Source: Solirubrobacteraceae bacterium (lineage in GTDB: Bacteria > Actinomycetota > Thermoleophilia > Solirubrobacterales > Solirubrobacteraceae). Taken from it: a DNA stretch of 64,000 nucleotides. The translations under genes and the position numbers were made by a program. The notes under the pieces were generated by a model. It searched no databases and was not told the origin of the DNA. It saw only the letters and a list, made by a program, of their open reading frames with translations. The DNA lies in the NCBI GenBank assembly GCA_035473995.1, contig DATINR010000132.1:9737-73736 (forward strand), read 5' to 3'. Position 1 is the stretch's first letter. Each line of letters opens with the position of its first letter. This document shows, one piece after another, positions 1 through 9,662 of the stretch.

Positions 1-1
1 G

Positions 2-40
2 CCGCGCGCAACGCACTCCCTGCTGAGCTACGACGCCTAG
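2..40 (+). CDS. 3' end of an upstream gene (partial, ...PRATHSLLSYDA*)
   Basis: Open frame 2 from window edge to TAG at 38-40, same strand as the next gene; product unknown. Confidence 0.3.
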   Translation, partial: PRATHSLLSYDA

Positions 41-69
41 GCCGGGCGGCACCGGAGAGCCAGAAGCCC

Positions 70-531
70 GTGCCGAGCGCAATCCGCAGCCGCACGATCG
101 CCTTGCCCCTGGCGGAGCTGTGGGAGCTGATCGGCGATCCGCACCACCTGCCGCGCTGGTGGCCGCGCGTGGATCGCGTGGAGGACGTCGACGGCGAGGC
201 CTTCACCGAGGTGATGCGCACGGCCAAGGGCAAACTCGTGCGCGCCGACTTCCGCGTGCTGCAGAGCGAGGAGACGGGGCACTCGGTCACGTGGGAGCAG
301 CAGCTCGAGGGGACCCCGTTCGCACGACTGCTGAGCGAGGCGCGCACGCGCGTGACGCTCGAGCCGGCCGAGGCGGGCTCGGGGCCTGCGCCGGCGGGCA
401 CGCGCGTGACGATCGAGCTGCACCAGCGCCTGACCGGCTTCTTCCCGCGCTTCGGCGGCTTCATGGTCAGCCGCGCGGCGCTGAAGACGCTCGACGAGGC
501 GCTCGACGGCTTGGAGCGGATCGGTGGCTGA
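70..531 (+). CDS. SRPBCC/START-fold (polyketide cyclase/dehydrase-like) protein
   Basis: N-terminal 'LWELIGDPHHLPRWWPRV' pattern, 153 aa; 8-bp overlap with next gene. Confidence 0.8.
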   Translation: MPSAIRSRTIALPLAELWELIGDPHHLPRWWPRVDRVEDVDGEAFTEVMRTAKGKLVRADFRVLQSEETGHSVTWEQQLEGTPFARLLSEARTRVTLEPAEAGSGPAPAGTRVTIELHQRLTGFFPRFGGFMVSRAALKTLDEALDGLERIGG

Positions 532-2170
532 GCAGGGGATCCCGCGGATGCGCTGGTGGGGCTGGGGCGACCCCGAGCATCCGTCCGCGCTGCCGGGCGA
601 GGCGCTGTCGTTCCTGAGCAAGGCGGTCGGCACGTTGCCGCCCCCGCGTCCCCCGGTGGCGCTCTCGCGCGTGCAGCTCGAGCCCTCGGCGTTGAGCGAG
701 GCGACGCTCGACCGGCTGCGCACGATCGTCGGCTCCGAGCACGTTCGCGCCGATCACTCCGAACGCGTCTTGCACGCCGCCGGCAAGGGCTATCCGGACC
801 TCGTGCGGATACGCGCGGGCGAACCGGACGGGGCGCCGGACGCGGTCGTGCTGCCGGACGGCGCCGAGCAGCTGACGGCCTTGTTGGCGCTGTGCGCGCA
901 GAGCTCCCTGGCGGTCGTTCCATTCGGCGGCGGCACGAGCGTCGTCGGCGGCGTCTCGCCGCTGCGCGGCGGGCATGCGGGTGTGATCGCGCTCGACACG
1001 AGCCGCATGGGCGATCCGATCGCCCTGGACGCCGAGTCGCGCACGGTCACGGTGGGAGCCGGCATGCGCGCGCCCGCGCTCGAGCGCCACCTGGCAAGCA
1101 GCGGCCTCACGCTCGGGCACTACCCGCAGTCCTACGAGTACGTCTCGCTCGGCGGCTGCGCGGCGACGCGCTCGGCGGGGCAGGCCTCGACGGGCTACGG
1201 CAGGATCGAGCAGATGATCGCCGGGCTGCGGATGAGCTCGCCGAGCGGCGAGATCGCATTGCCGGCACTGCCCGCGAGCGCGGCCGGCCCCTCGCTGCGC
1301 CAGCTCCTGATCGGCTCGGAGGGCACGCTGGGCGTGATCTCCGAGCTGTCGCTGCGCGTGCGCCCGGCGCCGCGCCAGCGGATCTACGAAGGCGTCTTCT
1401 TCGAGGGCTTCTCGGCCGGTGCGAGTGCGCTGCGCGAGCTGATCCAGCGCGGCGCGGCGCCCGACGTGGCGCGCCTCTCAGACGAGGCCGAGACGCGCAT
1501 GTCGCTGGCGCTGGCCGGCTCGGGCGGCGTCAAGGGCAGGCTCGGGCGCGTCTACCTGCGCGCGCGCGGCTACAGCTCCGGCTGCATCGCGATCTTCGGC
1601 TACGAGGGCGAGCAGGCGGGCGCACGGCGCGAGCGAGGGCTTCAGATCGCGCGCGAGAACGGCGGCCTGCCGGTCGGGCGCTCGCCCGGCGAGGCGTGGC
1701 TGAAGGGGCGCTTCGCGGCGCCGTACCTGCGCGATGAGCTGCTGACGCTAGGCGTGATGGTCGAGACGCTCGAGACGGCCACGCAGTGGTCGAACGTGGA
1801 GCTCCTGCACGCGGCCGTGGGCCAGGCGATCACCGACGCCTTGCGCGACGATGGCACGCCGGGCCTCGTGATGTGCCACCTGTCGCACCTGTATGAGACG
1901 GGCGCCTCGCTGTACTTCACGTTCATCGCCCGCCAGCACGAGGGCGAGGAGATCGCGCAGTGGCATCGCGTCAAGGAAGCCGCCAGCCGGGCGATCGCCG
2001 AGGGCGGCGGGACGATCACCCACCACCACGCCGTCGGTGTCGATCACGCGCCGTGGATGAACGCCGAGGTGGGGGAGGGCGGCGTGCGTGCGCTGCGTGC
2101 GCTGAAGGACGAGCTCGACCCGGCCGGGATCATGAATCCCGGGAAGCTGGTGGGGGGCAGGGCAAGCTAG
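524..2170 (+). CDS. FAD-binding oxidoreductase, alkyl-dihydroxyacetonephosphate synthase-like
   Basis: PFGGGTSVVGG, GHYPQSYE, GSEGTLGVI, C-terminal TITHHHAVG and GIMNPGKL motifs. Confidence 0.85.
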   Translation: MAEQGIPRMRWWGWGDPEHPSALPGEALSFLSKAVGTLPPPRPPVALSRVQLEPSALSEATLDRLRTIVGSEHVRADHSERVLHAAGKGYPDLVRIRAGEPDGAPDAVVLPDGAEQLTALLALCAQSSLAVVPFGGGTSVVGGVSPLRGGHAGVIALDTSRMGDPIALDAESRTVTVGAGMRAPALERHLASSGLTLGHYPQSYEYVSLGGCAATRSAGQASTGYGRIEQMIAGLRMSSPSGEIALPALPASAAGPSLRQLLIGSEGTLGVISELSLRVRPAPRQRIYEGVFFEGFSAGASALRELIQRGAAPDVARLSDEAETRMSLALAGSGGVKGRLGRVYLRARGYSSGCIAIFGYEGEQAGARRERGLQIARENGGLPVGRSPGEAWLKGRFAAPYLRDELLTLGVMVETLETATQWSNVELLHAAVGQAITDALRDDGTPGLVMCHLSHLYETGASLYFTFIARQHEGEEIAQWHRVKEAASRAIAEGGGTITHHHAVGVDHAPWMNAEVGEGGVRALRALKDELDPAGIMNPGKLVGGRAS

Positions 2171-2229
2171 TAGTCTCCGCCGCGCACGAGTCCCGATAGT
2201 CAGACGGGATCGCGTGATAGGACTTCGAG

Positions 2230-3228
2230 ATGGCTCCGCGTCTCGACGGGACTCTCGAATTCTGGCCTGATCTCGCAGAGGACTACGCGGGCGCCGCGCT
2301 GTTGTGCGGGAATGGCCTGAGCGTCAACGTCTGGCCGGCCTTCGCCTACGGATCGCTGTTCGAACACGCGCGCGATGGCGGGCTGACCGCCGAGGATCTC
2401 GAGCTCTTCGCCGACACCGAGAACTTCGAGCGGGTCCTCAGCGACCTCAATACCGCGATCCGTGTAAACGAGACACTGGCGCAGCCGACGGATGCGATCT
2501 TTGAGCGCTACCGCAGCATCCAGCGCGGTCTGGGTCATGCCGTGCGCGAGGTCCATCTAACGCGTACTCAGGTGCCGGACAGCGTCTTGACGCGGATCCG
2601 CGACGAGATCGTGGGCTACGAGTGGATCTTCAGCACCTCCTACGATCTCCTGCTCTATTGGGCGATGGGATGCGGCGGCAGCTTCTCCCCGTTCATCGAT
2701 CACTTCAGGCAGGCAGGCCTTCGCTTCGACCCCGACCGGGCGGACGTGTACGCGGGCCAGGTGCCGGTTTACTTCCTTCACGGCGCCCTCCATCTCGTAG
2801 TGGGTGGATCCGGTGTCACGTGGAAGCTGCGCCGCAACGCGATTCAGTCCGTGCTCGATCAATTCGGTGAGCCGATCGAGGGCGACCCGCAGGCCAGGCC
2901 GTTGCTTGTCAGCGAGGGCACCGCGCGCGACAAGCTGCGCGCGATCGAGGGGAACGCCTACCTTGCGAGTGCGCTGCAGACGCTGCGTGAGCTCGAGCTG
3001 CCGGTGGTCGTGTTCGGGAGCAGCCTGGGGCTGCAGGACGACCATCTGCTCGACGCGTTGAACGAGCATCCGACGCGACCGATCGCGATTTCGCTGCTGC
3101 CCGGCAACAGACGCCAAGTCGCAGCACGGCAGGCCGATATCTACGCCCGTCTGGAAACGGACGAGTTGCGATTCTTCGATGCGACCAGCCACCCACTGGG
3201 CGATCGAGCGCTCAAAGTCCCGCAGTGA
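2230..3228 (+). CDS. DUF4917-family SIR2-like (DHS-like NAD-binding fold) protein
   Basis: LLCGNGLS, FSTSYDLLLYW, YFLHGALHL, VVFGSSL motifs. Confidence 0.7.
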   Translation: MAPRLDGTLEFWPDLAEDYAGAALLCGNGLSVNVWPAFAYGSLFEHARDGGLTAEDLELFADTENFERVLSDLNTAIRVNETLAQPTDAIFERYRSIQRGLGHAVREVHLTRTQVPDSVLTRIRDEIVGYEWIFSTSYDLLLYWAMGCGGSFSPFIDHFRQAGLRFDPDRADVYAGQVPVYFLHGALHLVVGGSGVTWKLRRNAIQSVLDQFGEPIEGDPQARPLLVSEGTARDKLRAIEGNAYLASALQTLRELELPVVVFGSSLGLQDDHLLDALNEHPTRPIAISLLPGNRRQVAARQADIYARLETDELRFFDATSHPLGDRALKVPQ

Positions 3229-3302
3229 TCACGTTCAGCGAGCCGTCACCAGGCGTGCGTAAGATGAGAAGCGTTGTCGAGAGAGATCGAGAAAGGCTCC
3301 CA

Positions 3303-3545
3303 ATGGCGAGCACGCGAAAAGTCAGGAAGCACCCCTCGGGAGGTTGGGACATTCTCCGGGAGGGCGACCGCCGCGCTGCGGTCCGCGTCGAGACCAAGGA
3401 GAAGGCGTTGGCGCGGGCACGGGATCAGGTGCGTCGCGAGGGCGGCGGGGAGGTCCGGGTCGTGAATGACGCCGGCAAGATCGTGCGGTCGAGTCGCATC
3501 AAAGCGCAGCCCGGACGCGGAACCCGGCGCGCCAAAGCGGCGTAG
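3303..3545 (+). CDS. DUF2188-family small basic protein
   Basis: HPSGGWDI...TKEKALARAR...GGEVRVVNDAGKI pattern; AAAGG RBS before ATG 3303 (ORF track start 3225). Confidence 0.7.
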   Translation: MASTRKVRKHPSGGWDILREGDRRAAVRVETKEKALARARDQVRREGGGEVRVVNDAGKIVRSSRIKAQPGRGTRRAKAA

Positions 3546-3581
3546 TCGGCGCCGCGAGTTCGCTTTAGACGCTCCTGCCGG

Positions 3582-4559
3582 CTAGTGCAGCGCGAACGCC
3601 CCGCGCAGGATGACCGGACCGGGTTTGGTCGGCTTCGAGGCCGTCTCGCGGGTGAGCAGCATCGTGTGGTACTTGGCGGCGTCTTTGGGCAGCAGTGCGC
3701 CGCCCTGCACGTTGCCGCTCGAGCCGACGTCGGGCGCGCGGCTGAGCGCCTCGTAGCTCGACGGCGAGTTGTACAGCCAGACGGCGTAGAAGAAGCCCTT
3801 GCCTTTGGAGGGGGCGAGGTGCTGGGCGGCTAGGTAGAAGGCGTACTGGTTGCCTTCGGAGAGCACCTCGGCGACGCCGACCGCCTTGCTGCCGGCGTCG
3901 GCCGGCGTCAGCGTGATGCGCTTGTCTTCTTTGGCCTGCGGTTTCTGCGTGCTCGTGGTGCCTGAGCCGGTCGTTTCGCCGCCGCCGCCCGAATTGGCCG
4001 AGTCGCTCGAGGAACCGCCACCCCCGGTCAGCAGCACGATCGCGACGACGATCGCCGCGACGATCGCGGCCAGCAGCAGCGCGCCGCGGATGCGCGCGGG
4101 CGAGGCCGAGCGGGGCCGGGCCCCGCGCGGCGGGCGAGGCGACGTGGCGGGCGGGGTACCGGCTACTCCGGTTGCGGTGGTCGCAGGCGTCGCGGCCGGG
4201 CTGGCGCCGTTGGGAATCTCGGGCAGGGGTGCACCTGCCAGCGGCTCGAGCTCGCCCGTGAGCGCCGTGGCCCACGCGCGCGCTTGCGGCGAGCCGTCGA
4301 GGTACGTGCGTGTGGCTAGGCGCTCGGCTACGCCTGTGCGCTGCCCCAGCAGGTAGTCGCCGACCTCCTCGCGCTGCGGTGCCGTCAGCTCACGGGCCTG
4401 GGGCGCCGCGAGCACGGCGAGCGCCGCGTGCGCGCGATCGTGCACGGCGCGCTCGTCGATGTCGAGCATGCCGGCGACCTCCGCGTAGCTCTTGCCCCTG
4501 CGAAGGAGCAGCGAGAGCGTCGCGCGCTGGTCGGGGGGGAGGTCGTCCAGTCGGCTCAT
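3582..4559 (-). CDS. Sigma-70 region-4-like HTH fused to anti-sigma (RskA-like) architecture with one TM helix
   Basis: N-term LDDLPPDQRATLSL...SYAEVAGMLDIDERAVHDR, helical segment, Pro/Ala linker, TM, Ser/Gly/Thr linker, C-terminal beta domain (FYAVWLY...MLLTRE...PGPVIL). Confidence 0.65.
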   Translation of the reverse strand: MSRLDDLPPDQRATLSLLLRRGKSYAEVAGMLDIDERAVHDRAHAALAVLAAPQARELTAPQREEVGDYLLGQRTGVAERLATRTYLDGSPQARAWATALTGELEPLAGAPLPEIPNGASPAATPATTATGVAGTPPATSPRPPRGARPRSASPARIRGALLLAAIVAAIVVAIVLLTGGGGSSSDSANSGGGGETTGSGTTSTQKPQAKEDKRITLTPADAGSKAVGVAEVLSEGNQYAFYLAAQHLAPSKGKGFFYAVWLYNSPSSYEALSRAPDVGSSGNVQGGALLPKDAAKYHTMLLTRETASKPTKPGPVILRGAFALH

Positions 4560-4634
4560 CGATCTAGGCTCGCCCCTGCCGTAGGCCGCTCGCGGCGGCG
4601 GGAAGGGGGATTCGTAGGCTATCGTGGCGCCGCG

Positions 4635-5069
4635 ATGGCCAAGCCGACTGCCCAGGAGCTAGCCGCGTCGGTGCAGGGGTTCGACCGGCTCTACGGCCTC
4701 GAGATCCTCTCCTACGACGACGAGCAGGTCACCGCGCAGGTCGCCGTTCGCGATGAGCTCAAGCAGCCCGCCGGGCTCGTGCACGGCGGCGTCTACGCCT
4801 CGATCGCCGAGTCCGTCGCGTCGATGGCCACGGCGCTGGCCGTGATCCCCGAAGGCAGCATGGCGATGGGGCTGTCGAACAACACGAGCTTCCTGCGACC
4901 CGTGACCGAGGGCACCGTGCACGCGCAGGCCACGCGCCTGCACCGCGGGCGCACGACATGGGTGTGGGACGTCCGCTTCAGCGACGACGCCGGGCGCACG
5001 TGCGCGCTCACGCGGATGACGATCGCCGTACGGCCGCTGCCCGAGGGCGTCGACGCGCCGATTCGCTGA
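4635..5069 (+). CDS. PaaI-family (hotdog-fold) thioesterase
   Basis: KQPAGLVHGGVYASIAE motif. Confidence 0.9.
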   Translation: MAKPTAQELAASVQGFDRLYGLEILSYDDEQVTAQVAVRDELKQPAGLVHGGVYASIAESVASMATALAVIPEGSMAMGLSNNTSFLRPVTEGTVHAQATRLHRGRTTWVWDVRFSDDAGRTCALTRMTIAVRPLPEGVDAPIR

Positions 5070-5096
5070 AGCTCGGAAGCTGGCGCGGCGTCGGGA

Positions 5097-5714
5097 CTAG
5101 CGCAGCGCGCGCAGCGGCGAAGGCACCTGCGAGGGCAGCGGCGTCGAGGCGAAGCCCGTGTCCGGCAGGCGCGCAGGCAGCGGCGCGCCCGGTTCGCCGA
5201 CCTCGTTGATCGGCACGATCGTGTGTGCAGCCGCGCGCGCCAGGCGCGCGCTGTCGGCGTAGACGCTGACCACGACGCCGCCCGTGGCGACCGCGATCGT
5301 GCGCCCGCGCTGCGCGAGCACGGCCTGCACGCCGCGCAGCGGGGCCGTGCGCTGCGGCGAGGAGCCGCCCGCCACGAAGCTGTTGTCGGGTGAGGTGATC
5401 ACGGTGACCGGCGTCACGCACGTGCTCTGCCCGCCGACCACGCAGTCGCCGTACTGCACCGAGAACGCGCCGCTCGGGTCGTGCGAGGCGTCGGTGATCT
5501 GCAGGCCCTGGAAGGAGCCTCCGAGCCAGTACACCGGGTAGGGCGCGACGATCAGGCTCTCCAGCGCGTTGTGCGGGATCGGGCGGTCCTGCAGCGTGTC
5601 GCCGCACGCGCCGAGCGCAAGCGCGCAGCCGGCGAGCAGCGCAGCGAGCACGCCGAGGGCTCCGACCCGCGTGCGGGCAGGCAGTCGCTTGCCGGTGTTG
5701 CGCCAGGCGCTCAT
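5097..5714 (-). CDS. Hypothetical lipoprotein
   Basis: Basic N-terminus, hydrophobic stretch, lipobox LALGAC; YPVYWLG, Cys pair; ATG 8 bp after nadE stop. Confidence 0.6.
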   Translation of the reverse strand: MSAWRNTGKRLPARTRVGALGVLAALLAGCALALGACGDTLQDRPIPHNALESLIVAPYPVYWLGGSFQGLQITDASHDPSGAFSVQYGDCVVGGQSTCVTPVTVITSPDNSFVAGGSSPQRTAPLRGVQAVLAQRGRTIAVATGGVVVSVYADSARLARAAAHTIVPINEVGEPGAPLPARLPDTGFASTPLPSQVPSPLRALR

Positions 5715-5722
5715 CCGCCCGC

Positions 5723-7483
5723 TCAGTCGCGGTAGCGGTTGGTGATCGGCATGCGCCGGTCGCGCCCGAACGCAAGCGGCGTGACCTTGATGCCCGGCGG
5801 CGCCTGGCGGCGCTTGTACTCGGCGAGGTCGACCAGCCGCGACGCGCGCTGCACCTCCTCCGCCGGCAGCCCCTCGGCGACGAGCTGCTCGCGGCTGCGG
5901 TGCAGCTCTACGTAGCCGTGCAGGATCCGGTCGAGCACGTCGTAGGGCGGCAGCGAGTCCTCGTCGCGCTGGTCGGCCCGCAGCTCGGCCGAGGGCGCGC
6001 GCTCGACGATCGAGTCCGGGATCGGCGAGGACACGCGTCCGTCGGCGGCCGCCTGCGGCGAGTTGCGCCACGCGCAGAGGCGGTACACGAGCGTCTTCGG
6101 CACGTCCTTGATCACCGCGAAGCCCCCCGCCAGGTCGCCGTACAGCGTCGTGTAGCCGACCGACATCTCCGACTTGTTGCCCGTCGTCAGCACGAGCCAG
6201 CCGAACTTGTTCGACAGCGCCATCAGCAGGTTGCCGCGGATGCGCGCCTGTAGGTTCTCCTCGGTCAGGTCGTGCTCGTGGCCCTCGAACGCGCCCCCCA
6301 GCGTCTCCGCGTAGGAGTCGTACACCGGCTCGATCGCCAGCTCGTGCACCTGCACGCCCAGCGCCGCCGCCAGCGCGCGCGCATCTTCCTGCGTGGCCGA
6401 GGAGGAGAACTGCGAGGGCATGATCGCCACGCTGACGCGCTCGGCGCCGAGCGCATCCACCGCAAGGCAGGCGACCAGCGCCGAGTCGATCCCGCCCGAG
6501 AGGCCGAGCACGACGTGGCCGAAGCCGTTCTTCTGCACGTAGTCGCGCAGGCCGAGCGTGAGCGCCGCGTAGATCTCCGCCTCGATCGGCTGCAGCGGCT
6601 CTGCCAGTGATCCGCCCGCCGGGCGCCCGCCCGTGCCCGCCTCGGCCGATGCCGGCAGACCGGGCAACACGGCGACGCGGGCCGGACCGCCGCCGGCGCC
6701 GATCGGCGAGCGCGTGCTCGCGCGATGGCCCGCCTCGCGCAGGCGCGCCGCCGCGGCCGCTTCGAGATCGACGTCGCAGATCAGCAGCTGCTCCTCGAAC
6801 TGCGCCGCGCGCGCGATCGTCTGACCCGTGTGGTCGACCACGAACGAGTGCCCGTCGAAGATCAACTCGTCCTGGCCGCCGACGAGTGCGCAGAAGGCAA
6901 CGCACGCGAGGTTGTCGCGCGCGCGCTGGGCGAACATCCGCTCGCGCTCGGCGCCCTTGCCCGCGTGGTAGGGGGAGGCCGAGATGTTGAGGATCAGCGT
7001 CGCGCCCGCCAGCGCCTCGTCGCTCGCCGGAGGGCCAGGCTCCCAGATGTCCTCGCACACGGTCAGCCCGAGGCGCTCCTGGCCGATGTCGATCACCGCG
7101 CCCTTCGGCCCGGCCGCGAAGTAGCGCTCCTCGTCGAACACGCCGTAGTTGGGCAGGTACACCTTGCGGTAGACCGCGTGCACCGTTCCGTCGGCGAGCA
7201 CGGCGGCTGAGTTGTAGACGTCCTCGGCGCGCTCCGGGTAGCCGACCACCGCGACCAGCCCGTGCGTGTCGGCCGCCAGCTCGCGCAGCGCCGCCGCCGT
7301 GTCGGCGAGGAAGTGCTCGCGCAGCAGCAGGTCCTCCGGGGGGTAGCCCGTCAGCGCGAGCTCCGGGAACAGCACGAGGTCCGCGCCGGCCTCCAGCGCC
7401 TTCGCGCGTCCGGCGCGAATCAGCTCGGCGTTGCCGGCAATGTCGCCGACCGTCGCATTCATCTGGCAGAGCGCTATGCGCAT
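5723..7483 (-). CDS. nadE: Glutamine-dependent NAD+ synthetase
   Basis: Nitrilase domain (FPELALTGYPPED, YRKVYLPNYGVFDE, VCEDIW) plus synthetase domain (LGLSGGIDSAL, ENLQARIRG, TGNKSE, PSAEL); alternative start 7492. Confidence 0.97.
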   Translation of the reverse strand: MRIALCQMNATVGDIAGNAELIRAGRAKALEAGADLVLFPELALTGYPPEDLLLREHFLADTAAALRELAADTHGLVAVVGYPERAEDVYNSAAVLADGTVHAVYRKVYLPNYGVFDEERYFAAGPKGAVIDIGQERLGLTVCEDIWEPGPPASDEALAGATLILNISASPYHAGKGAERERMFAQRARDNLACVAFCALVGGQDELIFDGHSFVVDHTGQTIARAAQFEEQLLICDVDLEAAAAARLREAGHRASTRSPIGAGGGPARVAVLPGLPASAEAGTGGRPAGGSLAEPLQPIEAEIYAALTLGLRDYVQKNGFGHVVLGLSGGIDSALVACLAVDALGAERVSVAIMPSQFSSSATQEDARALAAALGVQVHELAIEPVYDSYAETLGGAFEGHEHDLTEENLQARIRGNLLMALSNKFGWLVLTTGNKSEMSVGYTTLYGDLAGGFAVIKDVPKTLVYRLCAWRNSPQAAADGRVSSPIPDSIVERAPSAELRADQRDEDSLPPYDVLDRILHGYVELHRSREQLVAEGLPAEEVQRASRLVDLAEYKRRQAPPGIKVTPLAFGRDRRMPITNRYRD

Positions 7484-7552
7484 CGCGCCCATCGTCGCAG
7501 CCCGTCGTCGCTCACGCCGCCTCGCGAGCTGCGCACGATCCGGCCGGACGGC

Positions 7553-8140
7553 TCAGCGGGCCTCGCGCCACATCGACGCGATCGCCGGGCCGTGCGGAGC
7601 TGAAAAGCTGCCCACCGCGGCGAAGCCGAGCGCCTCGTAGCGGGGCACGTTGACCGGGTTCGTCGACTCCAGGTAGGCCGGCATGTGCTGCTCGTCGATC
7701 TCCGCGAGGCACTGCTCGATCAGCTCCGTGCCGAGGCCCCTGCCGGCGCTGTCGCGGTGCGTGCCCCACAGGCTCAGGTAGTAGTGAGGGGCGTCCGACG
7801 GATGGTGCCGCTCGAAGCCGTCGAACAGCTCGATCAGCTCCGGCGCACGCGGGCCGAGCGCGCGGCCGAGGAACGCCTCGAACCCGGCCTGCTCCTCGTC
7901 GGCCAGCTCCGGCGCGCCGGGTGGCAGCCACACGGCGACGGCCTCGGCCCGCCCACCGATCCGCACCCATCCATGTGGCAACGCGCCGAGCACCCAGAAG
8001 CGCATCAGCTGCGGCAGCTCGACCAGCCGCGTGGCCTGGTCGGGGAACGCCCAGTGACCCCAGAGCGGGTCCTCGTGGAAGGCACTCGCCAGGCAGGCGC
8101 AGACGGCCGGGGCGTCCGCCGTCCCGGCGGCGCGCGCCAT
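7553..8140 (-). CDS. GNAT-family N-acetyltransferase
   Basis: YYLSLWGTHRDSAGRGLG acetyl-CoA motif, AYLESTNPVNVPRYEALGF. Confidence 0.85.
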   Translation of the reverse strand: MARAAGTADAPAVCACLASAFHEDPLWGHWAFPDQATRLVELPQLMRFWVLGALPHGWVRIGGRAEAVAVWLPPGAPELADEEQAGFEAFLGRALGPRAPELIELFDGFERHHPSDAPHYYLSLWGTHRDSAGRGLGTELIEQCLAEIDEQHMPAYLESTNPVNVPRYEALGFAAVGSFSAPHGPAIASMWREAR

Positions 8141-8141
8141 C

Positions 8142-9662
8142 TCAGCGCGCAGCGGACTTGCGCGCGCTCGAGCGGGCGCCGTTGCTGCTCGCCGCGGCTT
8201 TCGCCGTGGCTTTCTTCGCCGAGCCCGAGGAGGCGCGTTTGGCGGCGCGGCGTTTCGCCGGCGGCGCGACCCCTGCCGCGCGCGCCAGCGAGGAGATCGC
8301 CCACTTCATGTCGCTCGCGATCGTCTCGAGCCCGGGCAGCGCGTCGAAGTCGCCGAGCAGGCCGAAGCCGAGGTGCCCGTCGTAGCTCATCACCGCGATC
8401 CCCAGCGCCTGGCGCTGGGCCAGCGGCACGACCGGGTAGAGCACGCGCAGGCGTCGCCCGAGCACGTACAGCGGGAACTGCGGGCCCGGCACGTTCGTCA
8501 CGACGAGGTTGAAGAAACGCTGGCGCGCCTGCAGGCGCGCCGCCTGGCTGAGGATCGTCGGCGGCGCGAAGCCCGCCAGGTTCGTCAGCACCTGCGCGCC
8601 GACCGCCTGTCCGGAATGCTTCAAGTCCTCCATCGAGCGCGTGATCTGCTGCAGCGACTCCGCCGGGTTCTGCACGCCGACCGGCAGCGGCGCCCACATC
8701 GCAGCGACCTGGTTGCCGAGCGCGCCGCGGTCGGAGTCCGCGCGCACCGACACCGGCACCATCGCCTTCAGCTCGAGTCCCTCCGTGTCGATGCCCTCGC
8801 GGCGCAGGTAGCGGCCGAGGCCGAGGCTGACCGTCGCCAGCACGACGTCGTTGAGCGTGCCCCCGAGCGAGGCCTTGATCGCTTTGAACTGCTCGAGGTC
8901 GGCGTCGATGAACGTGTAGCGGCGGTGCGGGCCGATCTCGACGTTGAACGGGCTGTCCGGGGCAGGCGCTTTGACGCCCGCGATCGTCGTCGCGCCGATG
9001 CTCGTCAGGCCGTCCACGAGCTGCGTGGCCGCGCGGCGCGGGGCGCGCAGCAGCCGGCGCGCGCCACGCACGATCTCGGCCGGGACCGTCGTGCGTTCGC
9101 GCAGCGCCTCGCCGAGCAGCTTCGCCTGGCCCGGCAGCGGCTTCGCCGTCCACGGCATCGGCGGGCGCGAGGTCGGCACCGGATCCGGCGCCGTGTCGAA
9201 CAGCACCGTCGTGATGTCCACGCCCGAGATCCCGTCGACCAGCGCGTGGTGGGTCTTGGCGATCAGCGCAAAGCGTTCGCCGGCCATCTTCTCGACCAGC
9301 CAGATCTCCCACAGCGGCTTGGAGCGGTCCAGGCGCTGTGAGAACAGGCGCCCCGCCAGCTGCTTGAGCGCTTTGTCGTCGGCCGGCTTCGGCAGCGCCG
9401 TGTGGCGGATGTGGTAGCGCGGGTTGAAGTGCGGATCGTCCGCCCACACCGGCCGGCCCTGTCCGTAGGGGACGTAGGCCAGGCGCTGGCGGTAGCGCGG
9501 CACGAGGTGCAGGCGGCTGACGATGTGGTCGACCAGCTCCTGCGGCGTCGGCGCCGTGCCTTCGAAGACCATCACCGACGCCACGTGCATGTGCGCCGTG
9601 GAGTTGTCCTCCAGGTGCAGGAAGGTCGAGTCGAGCGCCGTCAGCCGGTCCGGGTTGGCCAC
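8142..9662 (-). CDS. Wax ester synthase / diacylglycerol acyltransferase (WS/DGAT)
   Basis: LTALDSTFL, catalytic HHALVDG, NLVVTNVPGPQ; GTG start chosen 6 nt after GACAAT. Confidence 0.92.
   Translation of the reverse strand: MANPDRLTALDSTFLHLEDNSTAHMHVASVMVFEGTAPTPQELVDHIVSRLHLVPRYRQRLAYVPYGQGRPVWADDPHFNPRYHIRHTALPKPADDKALKQLAGRLFSQRLDRSKPLWEIWLVEKMAGERFALIAKTHHALVDGISGVDITTVLFDTAPDPVPTSRPPMPWTAKPLPGQAKLLGEALRERTTVPAEIVRGARRLLRAPRRAATQLVDGLTSIGATTIAGVKAPAPDSPFNVEIGPHRRYTFIDADLEQFKAIKASLGGTLNDVVLATVSLGLGRYLRREGIDTEGLELKAMVPVSVRADSDRGALGNQVAAMWAPLPVGVQNPAESLQQITRSMEDLKHSGQAVGAQVLTNLAGFAPPTILSQAARLQARQRFFNLVVTNVPGPQFPLYVLGRRLRVLYPVVPLAQRQALGIAVMSYDGHLGFGLLGDFDALPGLETIASDMKWAISSLARAAGVAPPAKRRAAKRASSGSAKKATAKAAASSNGARSSARKSAAR

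Noticed and set aside
5715-7058. Long upstream extension of the lipoprotein ORF (653 aa in track)
   Set aside because: Overlaps nadE in another frame; lipobox supports the start at 5714
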